Source of the DNA: Planctomycetales bacterium
GTDB taxonomy: Bacteria; 4484-113
Assembly: GCA_037445915.1 (NCBI GenBank)
Contig: JBBIJQ010000008.1
Location: 1-46,872 of the forward strand
DNA: 46,872 nucleotides
Direction of reading: 5' to 3'
The notes beneath the pieces were generated by a model. It did no database searches and had not been told where the DNA came from. It worked only from the letters and a program-made list of their open reading frames with translations. How positions within the stretch are numbered: position 1 is the stretch's first letter; the number at the start of each line of letters is the position of its first letter. The position numbers and the translations under genes are program-made. Positions 17,756 to 27,435 of this stretch are shown piece after piece.

Positions 17756-18958
17756 ATGAGAACCTGGTCACCATTTCGGCGCGTGTTCCTAATCGTGTTG
17801 GACGGCGTAGGTGCGGGAGAGTCGCCTGACGCGGCTGCGTATGGCGACGCTGGGTCGTCAACGTTGTGCAACCTTTCACGGGCGGCGCGGCTTGAGCTGC
17901 CAACGCTGCTTTCGCTTGGGCTGGGAAACATTGAAGGGCTGGGCGAGTGCTTTCCCCCCGCAACGCATCCCCTGGCAGCATTCGGGCGCATGCTCGCAGC
18001 TTCGCCTGCCAAGGACACGACCACCGGCCATTGGGAGCTGATGGGTATCGTCCGCAAGCGCGCGCCGCAAACGTTCCCGCATGGCTTCCCGCCTGAGTTG
18101 ATGGCTGAGCTTTCGCGCATAACAGGCAGCAGATTTATCGGCAACGAAGTTGCGTCGGGCACAGAATTCATCCAGCGCCTGGGCGATGAGCACATGCGCA
18201 CCGGAGCGCTCATCATCTACTCCAGCGCCGACTCGGTTATGCAAATCGCGGCGCACGAAGAGATAGTGCCGCTGAAGAAGCTATACCGCATATGTAAAGA
18301 GGCGCGACAGCTTATGCAGGGTGAATACGAGGTTGACCGCATTATCGCGCGGCCGTTTATAGGCGATAAGGAAAACGGCTTTACGCGCACTCTCAACCGC
18401 CGCGATTTCAGCATCCCGCCGCCGCCAAACTTCCTTGACAGTCTGGTGGCTGAAGGAGTTGAAGTAACTCTTATCGGCAAATTGGATGACGTTTTCGCCG
18501 GGCGCGGATTTACGCGCGGTACGCATACTGCGTGCAATGCCGATACCGCTTCCGCGCTGCAAGACGATATGGGACGCAGCGATGGCTTTTGGTTCGTGAA
18601 CTTTATTGACTTTGACATGCTCTACGGCCACCGCAACGAGACGCTAGGATTCGCGCTTGCGCTCAACGAGTTTGACGAATGGCTTGGAGGGTTTTTGCCG
18701 CAGCTACTGCTAGCGGACTTGCTCATCATCACAGCCGACCACGGCAACGACCCCACGACCGCAAGCACCGACCACAGCCGCGAGTACGTTCCCTTGCTGG
18801 CATTCACCCCGGGCGCGCCCGGCGTGGCGCTAGGCACGCGCGCGACATTCGCCGATGCAGGGGCGACAGCTTTATCGGCGCTCGGAGTCGAGCCGGCGCA
18901 TGGGCTCGCGGGCGAGAGCTTCTGTGGTAGCATTATCGCCAGCCTATCCCAGAGGTAA
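17756..18958 (+). CDS. deoB: phosphopentomutase
   Basis: VLDGVGAGE, TTGHWELMG and ITADHGNDPT metal/phosphoserine motifs. The track start at 17735 is a TTG, so I prefer the ATG at 17756. Confidence 0.9.
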   Translation: MRTWSPFRRVFLIVLDGVGAGESPDAAAYGDAGSSTLCNLSRAARLELPTLLSLGLGNIEGLGECFPPATHPLAAFGRMLAASPAKDTTTGHWELMGIVRKRAPQTFPHGFPPELMAELSRITGSRFIGNEVASGTEFIQRLGDEHMRTGALIIYSSADSVMQIAAHEEIVPLKKLYRICKEARQLMQGEYEVDRIIARPFIGDKENGFTRTLNRRDFSIPPPPNFLDSLVAEGVEVTLIGKLDDVFAGRGFTRGTHTACNADTASALQDDMGRSDGFWFVNFIDFDMLYGHRNETLGFALALNEFDEWLGGFLPQLLLADLLIITADHGNDPTTASTDHSREYVPLLAFTPGAPGVALGTRATFADAGATALSALGVEPAHGLAGESFCGSIIASLSQR

Positions 18959-18963
18959 CGCAA

Positions 18964-19983
18964 ATGCCAACCGCGATTGTCACAGGCGGGGCGGGGTTCA
19001 TCGGCTCCAACCTCGTGCGCTCGCTGCGCCGCAAGCGACCGGGCTGGCGCATCATCAACCTGGACAAGCTAACCTACGCCGGCAACTTAGCCAACCTATC
19101 CGGGATAGAAGCCTGCGCCGAATATAATTTCGTGCAGGCCGATATCTGCGACGAGGCCGCGATTGACCGCATTTGGTCGCGTGGGCGCATCAACTATGTG
19201 TTCCACCTGGCAGCTGAAACTCATGTTGACCGCTCGCTGCAAGACTCGCGCCCGTTTGTGCGCACGAATGTTGAGGGAACAGCCGCGCTGCTGGAGATTG
19301 CGCGAGCGCGCGGGGTGGACAAATTCGTTTACATGAGCACGGATGAAGTTTACGGCTCGGTAGCGCGCGGGTCGGATGAGTCCTTCACCGAGGCTTCGCC
19401 GCTCAAGCCGCGAAACCCATATTCTGCTACAAAAGCTGCTGCCGACCTGCTGTGCCAGGCCGCGTTCATTTCGCGCGAGATGCCGATTGTCATTGCGCGT
19501 GCGGCGAACAACTACGGCCCTTACCAATACCCGGAGAAGTTCCTGCCGCTGATGGTGACGAACCTGATGCTCGGCGAGCAGGTTCCTATCTACGGCACTG
19601 GCCAGCAAATGCGCGACTGGCTTTATGTGGAGGATACCTGCGACGCGCTGCTAGTGATAGCGGAGAAGGCAAAGCCCGGCTCCATCTACAACATAGCTGG
19701 AAGCGGGCTTGTGCCCAACATAAGCCTGGCGAAGGAAGTCTTGGGCATCCTCAAGCTTGGCGAAGCGCGCCTGAAAATGGTTGCCGACCGACCCGGCCAC
19801 GACTTTGCCTACCGCCTCAGCGCCAAGAGAATCGCTGACGAACTTGGTTTCCGCGCGGGCACTAAGCTTAGCGATGGGCTGCGGCGCACCGTCATCTGGT
19901 ACCAAAGCAATGAGGCGTGGTGGAAGCCTATCCGCGAGGGCAAGTTCAAGGATTACTACCGCAAGCAGTACGGCGAATTGTAG
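18964..19983 (+). CDS. rfbB: dTDP-glucose 4,6-dehydratase
   Basis: Rossmann motif TGGAGFIGSN, catalytic YSATKAAAD (YxxxK), and extended-SDR length. Confidence 0.92.
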   Translation: MPTAIVTGGAGFIGSNLVRSLRRKRPGWRIINLDKLTYAGNLANLSGIEACAEYNFVQADICDEAAIDRIWSRGRINYVFHLAAETHVDRSLQDSRPFVRTNVEGTAALLEIARARGVDKFVYMSTDEVYGSVARGSDESFTEASPLKPRNPYSATKAAADLLCQAAFISREMPIVIARAANNYGPYQYPEKFLPLMVTNLMLGEQVPIYGTGQQMRDWLYVEDTCDALLVIAEKAKPGSIYNIAGSGLVPNISLAKEVLGILKLGEARLKMVADRPGHDFAYRLSAKRIADELGFRAGTKLSDGLRRTVIWYQSNEAWWKPIREGKFKDYYRKQYGEL

Positions 19984-20053
19984 TGCGGCGGCATTAGTGA
20001 TATTATTTTGCCGCGCCATCTGGGGTGCATAGTTAGTTAAGGAGCCACACTCA

Positions 20054-20314
20054 ATGGAACTCGATCTAATTCAGGACTACGTCGTCATTAAAGCCATAGA
20101 GAGCGGCGTAAGCGTCGCTGGCCTGACGAGAGGCGAGGAAACCAAGTTTCTGCACTCCGAGAAATTGGAGCGCGGGGAAGTCCTTATCGCCCAGTTCACT
20201 GCGCATGTCTCGGTTATGAAGGTTCGTGGGCACGCCCGCATTTGGACGCAGTTCGGCGAAGTTGACGCTGAAAGCGACATTGAACTGCACCACCGCCCGC
20301 TGCCCCGGCTGTAG
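20054..20314 (+). CDS. mtrB: trp RNA-binding attenuation protein (TRAP) homologue
   Basis: [61 protein letters not shown] aligns almost gap-free, at roughly 60% identity from memory, with Bacillus subtilis MtrB ([61 protein letters not shown]). AAGGAG precedes the ATG. Confidence 0.85.
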   Translation: [86 protein letters not shown]

Positions 20315-20317
20315 CGG

Positions 20318-20728
20318 ATGCACGAGTATAGCCTGGCCTGCTTGATAGCTGAGATTTGCCAAGAGAGCGCTCAGGCGAATCGGCTTGTGGCAATCCACCG
20401 GGTGACGATGGCTGTCGGGCCGCTGGCTGCGGTTAGCCACGAGACACTCGCATTCCTCTTCGGCGAGGTCGCGGAACAACACGGTCTGGGCCGCCCTGAG
20501 CTAATATTCTCCCACAAGCCGCTGGCCATCAAGTGCAACGCTTGCGGTAACGAGGCCGCGCTGGAACCGCCGCAGGAAGGCTTCTGCGAGCCTTGGCACA
20601 ACCCTGGCGGCGCGCAAATCCCCTGGGAATGCCCGGAATGCGGCTCGCGGGAAGTGGAACACCCCGATGCGGCCATTTTCGCGGTAGAATCACTGGAAGG
20701 AGAACAACAAGATGCTGCTGGCGATTGA
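20318..20728 (+). CDS. hypA: HypA/HybF-like Ni-metallochaperone
   Basis: N-terminal MHEYSL (the MHE Ni-binding motif) and zinc site CNAC...CPECG, with an insertion between the two CxxC pairs. Confidence 0.75.
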   Translation: MHEYSLACLIAEICQESAQANRLVAIHRVTMAVGPLAAVSHETLAFLFGEVAEQHGLGRPELIFSHKPLAIKCNACGNEAALEPPQEGFCEPWHNPGGAQIPWECPECGSREVEHPDAAIFAVESLEGEQQDAAGD

Positions 20729-21719
20729 AACAAGCTTCGACGACACTGGCTTAGCGCTGCTGGGTGATTCATGCCAGCCGGTATTCGCCGCGCTGTCGTC
20801 GTCGGTTAAGCTGCATGCGCCCTACGGCGGCGTCGTGCCGGAGCTTGCAGCGCGCCATCACCTCACCAATCTTCCGGTATTGATGAATGAGCTGCTGCGT
20901 ATGCACCCCAAGGAGTTGTCGCAGGCGCCCGCCGTCGGCGTGACGCGCGGACCGGGGCTGCCCGGCTGCCTTCTCGCCGGCATTTCATTCGCGCGCGGCG
21001 CAGCAATGGCGCTAGGCGCGGAGCTGTACGGCTTGAACCACCTTGAAGGCCACGCCTACTCGCCCTTCTTTGGCAAAGCGCCGGCGGACATCCCCTTCCC
21101 GTTTCTCGCGCTAGTAATCTCAGGCGGCAACACTATCCTCTACGAAATCCCGCGCTTCGGTGAAATGAATGTGCTAGGCGAGACGCTGGACGACGCTGCC
21201 GGCGAGTTGTTTGACAAGCTCTCTCAGAAGCTCGGATTAGGCTACCCCGGAGGGGCAAAGCTGGAGAAACTCGCCCGTGAATTTGGCGCCCGCCCCATCT
21301 CCCGCGAATTTGCGCTGCCTGTCCCGATGCGCGAAAGCGGCGACCTGAACTTCAGCTTCAGCGGCCTCAAGACGGCGGCGGCGCGCAAAATAGACGCCCT
21401 GCGCGCAACGCACGAAGGCTTTGACCAGGAGTTTGCAGCGTCGCTAATGCGCAGCGTGTGGGACTCGGTGTGGCTGAAGGTCCATGCGGCGGCCGAGGGC
21501 GCTGGCATCCGTGAAGTTTCAGTTTCCGGCGGCGTGGCGATGAACGGGCTGTTCAACGATTACATGCAGGCGCGCGCGAAAGGCGCAGGGCTAAGCGTGC
21601 ATTTTCCCCTGCGGCGCCTTGCGATGGACAATGCCGAGATGATGGCGTATCTGCTCTGGCTCATGCGCCGCCTCTACATTCGCCCCCAGCCCTTTGACGC
21701 CGAGCCGGGATTGGTCTAG
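20712..21719 (+). CDS. tsaD: tRNA N6-adenosine threonylcarbamoyltransferase
   Basis: LAIETSFDDTG, NHLEGHAY (metal-binding His pair) and GGVAMN motifs of the Kae1/TsaD family. Confidence 0.93.
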   Translation: MLLAIETSFDDTGLALLGDSCQPVFAALSSSVKLHAPYGGVVPELAARHHLTNLPVLMNELLRMHPKELSQAPAVGVTRGPGLPGCLLAGISFARGAAMALGAELYGLNHLEGHAYSPFFGKAPADIPFPFLALVISGGNTILYEIPRFGEMNVLGETLDDAAGELFDKLSQKLGLGYPGGAKLEKLAREFGARPISREFALPVPMRESGDLNFSFSGLKTAAARKIDALRATHEGFDQEFAASLMRSVWDSVWLKVHAAAEGAGIREVSVSGGVAMNGLFNDYMQARAKGAGLSVHFPLRRLAMDNAEMMAYLLWLMRRLYIRPQPFDAEPGLV

Positions 21720-21794
21720 CAGCGCGGCTTAGCGTAGTAGCGCGGCCGTCCCGACCGTGACGGTTAGTTTTAACATTTCCACCCCAGATACGCG

Positions 21795-21823
21795 GAGGCC
21801 CCGCAGCTCTTCTACGGGGCCTC
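21795..21823. terminator. 9-bp GC hairpin between convergent tsaD and the redox island (no U-tract)
   Basis: GAGGCCCCG (21795-21803) pairs with CGGGGCCTC (21815-21823). Confidence 0.4.
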
Positions 21824-21893
21824 AACATGTGGAGGGTATCGCCGCCTGGTTAGCGTGGGGGGCGCTGAACCGGCGGTGTGGGCAAAGTGATTG

Positions 21894-23513
21894 TTAGGAC
21901 GAGGCCTTCTTCTTCGTGGAAATGGCTCCGGCCATGAGCTTCTCAATCTCGTCCTTGTCGGCATCCATGATATACGGAATGCCGCTGATTTCAGCGGCCT
22001 GCGGTGTGAGCGCGGCGAGGTCGTCGCGGGTCATGTGCTCAAGGCTGAATCGGCGGCTGCCAGCCATTAGTTGCCGCAAGCCTTGCCCGAGGCGTTCGTA
22101 GTAGGTGTATAGGCCAAGCGCGCCGGTCGGCACTTTCTCAAACTCCTCGTCGCCAAGCTGGTGGCGCAGCTCGGCTGCAGTGACGAAGATTTCGTCTTTG
22201 GTGTTGCCAAAACGCTCAATGTAAACAGGAACCTGCTGCTCGTCAATCGTGCGGCCGATGGTCTTGCCGACCATTGCGGCGGCGATAGGGCTCCGCGCCA
22301 TGCCGATAAGCTTCACAAACGGCGCGCCAATGGCGAGTCCCTTGAATATCTGGTCTTCAAAGGTGAATCCGCCGGCGAGCGCCAGCGCAGGGACATGCGC
22401 CCCGCTGTCGGACAGCCGCTTGGCAAGCAGGTAGAGCATGGAGTGCAGCTCAACCGGCGGGACGCCCCATTCGTTCATCATGCGCCAGGGGCTCATGCCG
22501 GTGCCGCCGCCTGCTGCGTCAACCGTAAGCAGGTCAATGCCGTATTTGGAAGCAAAAACCAGCGCGCGCGCGAGGTCGGCGGGACGGTATGCGCCGGTCT
22601 TGAGGAATATGTATTTCGCGCCGGCCTTCCGCAGCTCTTCGGTGCGCTGGGCGAAGCTCTCTTCAGTAACCATTCCAACCCGCGAGTGGCGTTCAAATTC
22701 CTTGAATGTGCCGCGCTCAAACGAGCGGATGACATTGGGGTCAGTCGGGTTGGGCAGGACGATGTAGCCGCGCTCGTAGAGCATCTGCGCCTTCTTGAGG
22801 CTGCGGATTTTTACTTCGCCGCCGATGTCCTTCGCGCCCTGGCCCCATTTCATCTCAACGACTTCCGCGCCGAGTTTCTCAATCGCGTATTCCTGCACGC
22901 TGAGGCGGGTATCTTCAATGTTGGCTTGGACGACTATGGCGCCGTAGCCGTCGCGCTGGTTGTCCTTAAACAAGTTGACGCGGCGCTTTAGGTCAACGGT
23001 GTCCACCACGCGCCCGTCCTTAATAACGACTTCGGGATCCATCCCAACAACGTTTTCGCCGATTGTGAGGCCGGTGCCGGCAAGCGCGGTGCCGATGGCG
23101 AGCCCTTCCCAGTTGTTCTTGGCGATATCGGTTGAGCCGATGCCGGGGATAATCCACGGCAACCGGAACTTGAGGCCATTGTCGTGGCCGAAGCGCACTT
23201 CCAGGTTCACCGCGGGGAAGATTGCTTTGTTGCTGTCGGCTTCAACGCCGTGCGCGCCGACGCAGGTGCCCATGATGTTGAAATGGGAATAATCAACGGG
23301 GTAGGCCTTTTCTGACGCGGTTGTGATGACGCCGAAAGGCTGCGGGTAGATTACTTCGTGGCCTCGGTATGCGGACTTGCCGATCTCGCACATGCCGATG
23401 CAGCCGTCAACGCATGTGACGCACATCCCTGAGTTGGGAGTCACCGAGCCCTCGGTGCGGTTCTTGGTCAGCGTCGCCGCCGAAGAGTTAACCCTTGAGA
23501 ACGTGATTGGCAT
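21894..23513 (-). CDS. FMN-binding glutamate-synthase-family protein (GltB domain-2-like, stand-alone)
   Basis: Glu_synthase TIM-barrel signatures (...LTVDAAGGGTGMSPW..., LALAGGF). It has an N-terminal Cys cluster, CVTCVDGCIGMCE, rather than the canonical internal 3Fe-4S Cys motif. GGAGG precedes the ATG. Confidence 0.85.
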   Translation of the reverse strand: MPITFSRVNSSAATLTKNRTEGSVTPNSGMCVTCVDGCIGMCEIGKSAYRGHEVIYPQPFGVITTASEKAYPVDYSHFNIMGTCVGAHGVEADSNKAIFPAVNLEVRFGHDNGLKFRLPWIIPGIGSTDIAKNNWEGLAIGTALAGTGLTIGENVVGMDPEVVIKDGRVVDTVDLKRRVNLFKDNQRDGYGAIVVQANIEDTRLSVQEYAIEKLGAEVVEMKWGQGAKDIGGEVKIRSLKKAQMLYERGYIVLPNPTDPNVIRSFERGTFKEFERHSRVGMVTEESFAQRTEELRKAGAKYIFLKTGAYRPADLARALVFASKYGIDLLTVDAAGGGTGMSPWRMMNEWGVPPVELHSMLYLLAKRLSDSGAHVPALALAGGFTFEDQIFKGLAIGAPFVKLIGMARSPIAAAMVGKTIGRTIDEQQVPVYIERFGNTKDEIFVTAAELRHQLGDEEFEKVPTGALGLYTYYERLGQGLRQLMAGSRRFSLEHMTRDDLAALTPQAAEISGIPYIMDADKDEIEKLMAGAISTKKKASS

Positions 23514-23547
23514 TACAGTATCCCTCCAGAATTTCCTTTCGTTAGTC

Positions 23548-24219
23548 CTACTTTATTTCGCAAGCGACGCACGGTTGCATGTAGCACATCATGTCGTCGA
23601 ATTGTTCCTTCTCAACGCACGGAGGCGTAAGGTTTGCGCACCCGCCGCATATCACCTTTTCGGGGTCGGAGTAGGTGCAGCGCAGCTGGCATGCGGGGCA
23701 GACATATATGCACCCGCCGCAAAGCCGGCAAACCTCCGACTTGATGTCAAAGGGAGTGCCCAGCGCCCGCTTCTCGCCGCGCGCGCTGAAGCCGATGGCC
23801 TTCGCCACCATTTGTTCTTCGCACATGCGCACGCAAAGCCCACAGAGGATGCAGTCCTCATGCTCCTGGCGGAAGCGCTGCTGCATGATTTGGTGCGCCG
23901 AGGCGAGGTCTTGGATGACCTTGCTCTGCGGACAGCTAGCCAGTAGCAGTTCTAGCACCATCTTGCGCGCGCGCAAGACGCGGTTGGTTGCGGTGCGCAC
24001 CTTTATGCCTTCCTCGGCCGGGTAGGTGCAGGATGAAACAAGCTTCGCGCGCGTCCCTTCTCCGATTTCCACCACGCAAAGCCTGCATGCGCCGTATGGC
24101 GAAAGGCCTTCCATGTGGCAAAGCGTGGGGATGGGGAAGCCCAGGAACTGCGCGGCTTCAAGTATCGTCGTGCCTTTCTCAACGCTCACTTGAAGGCCGT
24201 TTATCGTCAGGGTAATCAT
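23548..24219 (-). CDS. 2Fe-2S plus poly-4Fe-4S ferredoxin-like protein (NuoG/HydA N-terminal type)
   Basis: MITLTINGLQVSVEKGTTILEAA...CHMEGLSPYGACRLCVVEI (Fer2_4 type), then CILCGLCVRMC and CRLCGGCIYVCP clusters plus a Cys-rich tail. The ATG at 24219 overlaps the upstream stop (ATGA) and follows GAGGTG. Confidence 0.8.
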   Translation of the reverse strand: MITLTINGLQVSVEKGTTILEAAQFLGFPIPTLCHMEGLSPYGACRLCVVEIGEGTRAKLVSSCTYPAEEGIKVRTATNRVLRARKMVLELLLASCPQSKVIQDLASAHQIMQQRFRQEHEDCILCGLCVRMCEEQMVAKAIGFSARGEKRALGTPFDIKSEVCRLCGGCIYVCPACQLRCTYSDPEKVICGGCANLTPPCVEKEQFDDMMCYMQPCVACEIK

Positions 24220-27200
24220 GCTTCTTTCACCTCGCGCGCGGCGCACTCAGCTAGGTGCTGCGTGAAATCAAGGTCGCAGCGAAGGCATCGCCGCGCTTCA
24301 AGCAAGGCATCCTTCACTTCAAGCGTTAGCTCAACCTCGTCAAACGAGCCGTGCCGTTTCTCCACCGGGATAGACGGCGGCTTGGCGCGCCTGCTGGCTG
24401 CCAGCGCGACATCATCAAGCACTAGGGGCTCAATGTAGTGCTCGGGCAAGCGTGGGGATGCAGGTTGCACCAGGTTTTCGCCGCGCAAATAGCGCGCAAT
24501 CATGACAGCCGCCTTCTTGCCCGCGGCGATTGCTTCAACGACCGTGTTCGGGCCGGTGACGACGTCGCCGCCGGCGAATACGCCTGGCCTGCTCGTTTCC
24601 AGCGTATCGGGATTAACATTCAGGCCCCCGCCCTTCGTGACGGCAATGCCCATGCTTTCAATGAACTCAATATCGGGTGTGTCGCCGATGGTCACGATGA
24701 GCGTGTCCAGCTTGGCGACGAACTCGCTGCCTTCAGCCGGCACAGGCTTGCGCCTGCCGCTTGCGTCAACTTCGCCTTCAACGTTACGGATGAACTCCGC
24801 GCCGAGGAGCTTGCCGCTCTCGGAAAGGATGCGCACAGGCGATACCATCGTTTCCAGCGTAATGCCTTCGTGCAGCGCTTCTTCAACTTCTTCGGGCAGC
24901 GCGGGCATCTCCTGCTTCGTGCGGCGGTAGAAAATCGTGACGCTTTCAACTTCGGGCTGGCGTAGCGCGACGCGCGCGGCGTCAACCGCCGAGTCGCCGC
25001 CGCCGATGACGCCTACATGGCCTTTCGCAAGCACTTCGCCTCTCAGGTTGAACGCCTTAAGGAAGCGCAGCGCGGGATGAACGCCCGCTAGGTCTTCGCC
25101 TTCAATGTTGAGCAGGCGGCTCTTGTGCGCGCCCATCGCCAGGAAGACGGCCTTATAGCCCTCATTGAACAGGCGGTCAAGGCTGATGTCTTTGCCAAGC
25201 GCCGTGCCGCACTTAAGCTCAACGTTATCGTCAACCAGCGATTGGATTTCCCTGCTTATCGTCTCGCGCGGTAACCGGTAGGCGGGAATGCCGGTTGTGA
25301 GCATACCGCCGGGGCGGTCGTCAGCCTCAAGAACAGTGACTTTATAGCCGTAGCGCGAGAGGTAATGCGCCGCGCTGAGTCCCGCGGGCCCTGCGCCGAT
25401 TACAGCAACCCTATCATCATGCCTCTCCTGAGAGTATTGCGGCTTGAAGATGGAAGGGTTGGTGCGGTCGGTGACGAAACGCTTGAGGGCGCGGATAGCG
25501 ATAGGCGCGAAACCGGTTTGGCCGCTGCGGCATTTGTATTCGCAGGGATGGCTGCACACGCGCGCGCACACCGACGGGAACGGGTTGTATTCGCGGATGG
25601 CGCGGTATGCGTCTTCGTATTCGCCCTTGGCGATGTGTGCGATATAGCGCCAGGCTTCCGTGCCCAGCGGGCATGCGCTCTGGCATGGCGCGCCAACAAG
25701 GTCGGGACAGACGAACGCGTCGCAGCGCTTATTGATAATGTGCTGTTCAAATTCGCCGCGAAAGTAACGCAGCGAGCTAAGGACAGGATTGGGCGCAGAC
25801 TGCCCAAGGCCGCACATGGTCGTATCTTTCACGGTCAGCGCAAGCTCCTGGAGCAGGTCAAGGTGCATAAGCGTTCCCTTGCCGCGCGATATATCGTCCA
25901 GCAGCTCCCACATGCGCTGCGTGCCCTTGCGGCAGGTGAAGCACTTGCCGCAAGACTCGTCTTTCAGGAAGCTCATATAGTATTTGGCGACGTCCACGAT
26001 ACAGGTCGTCTCGTCCATCACGATCATGCCGCCGGAGCCCATGATTGAGCCGGCGTTGCTGAGCGTGTCGTAGTCAACCTTTAGGTCAAACTGGTCGGCG
26101 GGAATGCAGCCGCCGGAAGGCCCGCCGGTCTGGACGGCCTTAATCCTCTCATTGCGCAGCGGGCCTCCGCCGATATCATAGACAATCTCGCGGATGCTGA
26201 TGCCCATCGGGACTTCTACCAGGCCGGTGTTTTGTATCTTGCCGACGAGGCTGAATATCTTGGTGCCGGAATTGTTGGGGGTGCCGACTTTGGCGAACTC
26301 CTCCGCGCCGGCTTCAATAACGAGCGGGATATTCGCCCAGGTTTCTACATTATTAATGGCTGTCGGCAGCCCGTTGATGCCACGCTGCACTGGAAACGGC
26401 GGCCTCTGGCGCGGCTCGCCCATCTTGCCTTCAATGGAGCGGATGAGAGCAGTCTCTTCGCCGCAGACAAACGCGCCCGCGCCGCGCACTATCTCCATTT
26501 CAAAGCTGAACCCGCTGCCAAGTATGTTTTTGCCTAACAACCCCAGTTCCTGCGCTTGGGTGATGGCAATAGTAAGGTGCTTGATGGCAAGCGGGTATTC
26601 GTTGCGGACATATATGACGCCCTTGGTCGCGCCGGTGGCAAAAGCGCCGATGAGTATCCCCTCAATGATGCAGTGGGGGTTGCCTTCCAGCAACGCGCGG
26701 TCCATATACGCGCCGGGGTCTCCCTCATCGGCGTTGCAGACGAGGTATTTGCCTTTGGACCCGTCTTGCGCCGCCAGAAGTTCCCATTTCACGCCAGTGG
26801 GGAAACCTCCTCCGCCGCGCCCGCGCAATCCCGAAGCCTTCACTTCGCCGACGGTCCACGCGGGATCGCCTTTCCCTAGGGTCTTTACGAAAGGGGCATA
26901 GCCGCCGTTCTCTATGTAGTGGTAAATGCGGATAGGGTCAACCTTTTCATTGCGCCCAAGGATGCTGCGCACTTGCTTTTTATAGAACGGAAGGTCCCTT
27001 TGATTCTCAATCGGCTTGCCGCTGCGGGGCTCAATGTAGAGTAAGTTGCGTAAAACGTTGCCGCTGGCCACGGCGGTAACGATGCGCGCCATGTCTTCCG
27101 GCGACACGCGCGGGTAGAACGTGCCATGCGGCTCAACGAGCACAGAAGGTTCGGTCTCGCAGTAGCCGTGGCAGCCGGTAACGCGAAGCTCAACGCGCCC

Positions 27201-27401
27201 GATAAGGTTGCGCTGGAGAAGCTCCCGCTTAGTCACGCGGATGAGGTCGTTGGCCCCGCTGGCCTGGCCGCATGTCCCTGCAGAAATGACAATCGTGGGA
27301 ATGCCCCTTGGGCGGCCGGCAATGAGGCGCTCTTGCAAGGTTTTGAAAGCAGCGATAGTGTTTAGGTTCTCCATCTGGGATTCCCGTTCTGCCCCCCGCA
27401 T
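24216..27401 (-). CDS. NuoF/HydB-like NADH-FMN subunit fused to a GltD/NfnB-like FAD/NAD(P)H oxidoreductase (1061 aa)
   Basis: N-terminal Trx-like 2Fe-2S (SAGTCGQASG...VTGCHGYCE). FMN/NADH site GLRGRGGGGFPTGVKW and CNADEGDPGAYMDR, and N3 cluster ESCGKCFTCR...CGLGQS. GltD part: CQSACPLG...VCARVCSHPCEYKC, VAVIGAGPAGLSAAHYL and VGVIGGGDSAVDAA. The start could alternatively be the ATG at 27374. Confidence 0.88.
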   Translation of the reverse strand: MRGAERESQMENLNTIAAFKTLQERLIAGRPRGIPTIVISAGTCGQASGANDLIRVTKRELLQRNLIGRVELRVTGCHGYCETEPSVLVEPHGTFYPRVSPEDMARIVTAVASGNVLRNLLYIEPRSGKPIENQRDLPFYKKQVRSILGRNEKVDPIRIYHYIENGGYAPFVKTLGKGDPAWTVGEVKASGLRGRGGGGFPTGVKWELLAAQDGSKGKYLVCNADEGDPGAYMDRALLEGNPHCIIEGILIGAFATGATKGVIYVRNEYPLAIKHLTIAITQAQELGLLGKNILGSGFSFEMEIVRGAGAFVCGEETALIRSIEGKMGEPRQRPPFPVQRGINGLPTAINNVETWANIPLVIEAGAEEFAKVGTPNNSGTKIFSLVGKIQNTGLVEVPMGISIREIVYDIGGGPLRNERIKAVQTGGPSGGCIPADQFDLKVDYDTLSNAGSIMGSGGMIVMDETTCIVDVAKYYMSFLKDESCGKCFTCRKGTQRMWELLDDISRGKGTLMHLDLLQELALTVKDTTMCGLGQSAPNPVLSSLRYFRGEFEQHIINKRCDAFVCPDLVGAPCQSACPLGTEAWRYIAHIAKGEYEDAYRAIREYNPFPSVCARVCSHPCEYKCRSGQTGFAPIAIRALKRFVTDRTNPSIFKPQYSQERHDDRVAVIGAGPAGLSAAHYLSRYGYKVTVLEADDRPGGMLTTGIPAYRLPRETISREIQSLVDDNVELKCGTALGKDISLDRLFNEGYKAVFLAMGAHKSRLLNIEGEDLAGVHPALRFLKAFNLRGEVLAKGHVGVIGGGDSAVDAARVALRQPEVESVTIFYRRTKQEMPALPEEVEEALHEGITLETMVSPVRILSESGKLLGAEFIRNVEGEVDASGRRKPVPAEGSEFVAKLDTLIVTIGDTPDIEFIESMGIAVTKGGGLNVNPDTLETSRPGVFAGGDVVTGPNTVVEAIAAGKKAAVMIARYLRGENLVQPASPRLPEHYIEPLVLDDVALAASRRAKPPSIPVEKRHGSFDEVELTLEVKDALLEARRCLRCDLDFTQHLAECAAREVKEA

Positions 27402-27435
27402 AGCGGGAGCAGGAAGTTCTTGGGATTGGCAGCGC

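Noticed and set aside
19984-20053. TRAP autoregulatory site upstream of the mtrB-like gene (TAGtTAGttaagGAG)
   Set aside because: There are only three or four triplets, with 1-nt spacers overlapping the RBS. This is far short of a TRAP site.
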